Source: Adineta vaga
Taxonomy: Eukaryota; Animalia; Rotifera
Length of the DNA stretch: 64,000 nt
Direction of reading: 5' to 3'
Assembly (NCBI GenBank): GCA_021613535.1
Contig: CP075492.1
Location: 13,826,001-13,890,000, forward strand
Under the pieces are notes generated by a model, which saw only the letters and a list, made by a program, of their open reading frames with translations, did not search any database and was not told the origin of the DNA. The translations under genes and the position numbers were made by a program. Positions 62,095 to 64,000 of the stretch are shown here, piece after piece. Each line of letters begins with the position of its first letter. Position 1 is the stretch's first letter.

Positions 62095-62669
62095 AGTGTA
62101 AATACAATTGTACAATTTGTTTGAATCCGATTAGCATCAGGTACACCAGTGCATGTATTAGCACATTCATCAACATCGTTAACATTAGCTGTTGATCCAA
62201 CAGGCCATCGACATTTTAATATATCAGTTCCATCAAAATCAGACATTTGAACTACATGAACATGCTGTAAAGCAACTTCTTTATATACGATAGGTAGAGA
62301 AACAGCAATAAAAAGTGTTAAGTCGACTAACAATAGCCCAATTTCTATTTCTACCAACAACAGAAAGAAAATGAAACACTGAATGCAATATTCACCCGGA
62401 GCAACATCAAGACCAGCATTGAAATCAGTACAGAATGTTTGCGTACTCATCGCTGACCAAGAACCATGTACCAGATACACAATTCACCGAGCTTGCATCA
62501 CCAGTCTTTAGAGTTTGTGCAACAATCATAGCATTAGACAAGCAAATGCACTACGACGCCATGAAAATCGTTCACGTACAATAATACGAACTGTGGCGCC
62601 AGATAGATCGTCATTGATTTCAAAGTAAATTGAAAAAAAATGAGATACATAGAGATTAACACGAAGCAT
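62095..62669 (-). pseudogene. Frameshifted, 3'-truncated fragment of a Cys-containing extracellular-type protein
   Basis: Pieces VRIIVRERFSWRRSAFAC, STQTFCTDFNAGLDVAPGE, HVHVVQMSDFDGTDILKCRW..DECANTCTGVP..NCTIVFTL; coding character ends at the GGGTGT repeats. Confidence 0.55.
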
Positions 62670-62942
62670 TTATATTTGTATTTAAAAGCAGAGAAAAAAA
62701 TGTTTTGAAAAAAGGTAGAGTAGGTATATAATAGGGCGTTGTTAACACTAATGCATCAACAAGGAGAAAAAAATGATGACAAAATTAATAATGAAACTGT
62801 CGATATTACGAAACCATAAAGAGAATTTCGTTTGTTGTTTTTTTGTGATTTACATCTTAACGCTTTTTTCTTTCTTTTGATAACGTAAGATGTATACGTA
62901 ATGGAAGTTGAAAAACTCTTGGTAAAATAGTTTAAATCATAT

Positions 62943-64000
62943 TTACGTATGTTCTTCCGAAGTTAAATGTTCAATTAATTTATATAATCTATTTTCATCA
63001 TGAATCTCCATTTCTTCCCAATATTCACATGCACTATCTTCTAAATACGTCAGTGTTTCTGCATCATATTGATCCAATGCAACCGCTTTTTCAAAACAGA
63101 CTTGCCAACGATGATAATGTCTATCATTCATCAAAGTAGTCATTTGTTTATCTACATTATGTTGTTGACTGTCAAGAAGAAATTTGATCACAACATCAGA
63201 ATACGATGCATAACTTGCAATATCCCAATGAATATCAGCAGGCAAAGGATCTTGAATGTAATCACCTGTGCCTAATGAAAGTACACATATATGTTCTCTA
63301 TCATAGCCATATTCGAGAGCTTTTTCATACGCAGCCATTGTTGGATTATTCACTTGTACACCACCATCAGTATAGCATATACCATCGAAATTATGTGGCT
63401 TAAAATATGTTGGTGCAGCTGTTGTTGCCATGAGAACATCTACTATAGATGTTGACTTGTAGTTGTAATTTCTAGTAAATAAATGCGTATAAGTATCACC
63501 AAGTCGAACAGCGGGTATAACAATATCTGTTAAACAATCACGTAATAATGTCTGACGAAAATACTTTTCAAACAATGTTTGTTTACCAGTTGAGGAATAC
63601 TTCGTCGCTAATGATGGTGAAAAGTTGCGATAGCTAAATCTGTGACGATTCTTCTTAAAAAATATATGTTCACCATGTGTTTTATAGATTTCAACTAATT
63701 TTAAAGCATTAATATCAGGCTCCGTTAAACTACCCGCTTTAGGTAAAGATAAACCAGCAGCAATAATAGCACCTGTAGATGTCCCAGCCATCATTTGAAA
63801 CATCGATGAGCACGATCGATTAGTTCGATGTTCTAATTTCGATAACCAAATTGCAGGTATTATTCCACGGATACCACCACCATCGATAGATAATATATTG
63901 TATGATCTGTAATCCTTTTTATAGTTTCCACATTCAAAATGCTGTACTATCGTATCATTTGAGTTGCTTTGACCAATTAGTTTATTAATTATTAGTTGTT
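62943..64000 (-). CDS. Patatin-like phospholipase (5' end beyond the window)
   Basis: ILSIDGGGIRG, AGTSTG, TTAAPTYF, TDGG, LSLGTG; the frame stays open to the window edge. Confidence 0.92.
   Translation of the reverse strand, partial: QLIINKLIGQSNSNDTIVQHFECGNYKKDYRSYNILSIDGGGIRGIIPAIWLSKLEHRTNRSCSSMFQMMAGTSTGAIIAAGLSLPKAGSLTEPDINALKLVEIYKTHGEHIFFKKNRHRFSYRNFSPSLATKYSSTGKQTLFEKYFRQTLLRDCLTDIVIPAVRLGDTYTHLFTRNYNYKSTSIVDVLMATTAAPTYFKPHNFDGICYTDGGVQVNNPTMAAYEKALEYGYDREHICVLSLGTGDYIQDPLPADIHWDIASYASYSDVVIKFLLDSQQHNVDKQMTTLMNDRHYHRWQVCFEKAVALDQYDAETLTYLEDSACEYWEEMEIHDENRLYKLIEHLTSEEHT

Noticed and set aside
62900-62950. Patatin spliced via CATAC|gtaaat onto the downstream ART-TPR
   Set aside because: An unrelated gene fragment intervenes, the donor phase does not match the likely acceptor near 61986, and the patatin domain is complete at its stop.

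Overview
AT-rich eukaryotic genomic DNA with many ~52-63 nt GT-AG introns, so several real genes are split or missed in the ORF track. Gene content (expanded 7TM receptors, F-box/LRR, ART-TPR proteins, non-metazoan-looking genes, interstitial TGTGGG-type repeats) suggests a bdelloid rotifer, possibly Adineta; this is inference. Two hidden genes stand out after manual splicing. (1) A 7-exon, N-myristoylation-motif, non-RD Ser/Thr kinase ending in four tandem PBZ (poly(ADP-ribose)-binding zinc finger) motifs (13221..11305, minus). It shares the window with four R-S-E ADP-ribosyltransferase genes plus a remnant, a candidate ADP-ribosylation writer/reader defence or stress module. (2) A 4-exon, apparently soluble deiodinase-like selenoprotein (15495..14261, minus) with an in-frame UGA in GSTS-U-PPF and a type II SECIS in its 3' UTR. 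Also present: an APC permease with an in-frame UGA at a Cys position, two ART-TPR paralogues with mosaic identity and independent repeat expansions, a ~3100 aa DUF3638/DUF3645 gene, GH43, an amine oxidase, patatin, a degenerate GTPase, several pseudogenes and MITE-like elements. All family calls come from recognised motifs, not database searches.
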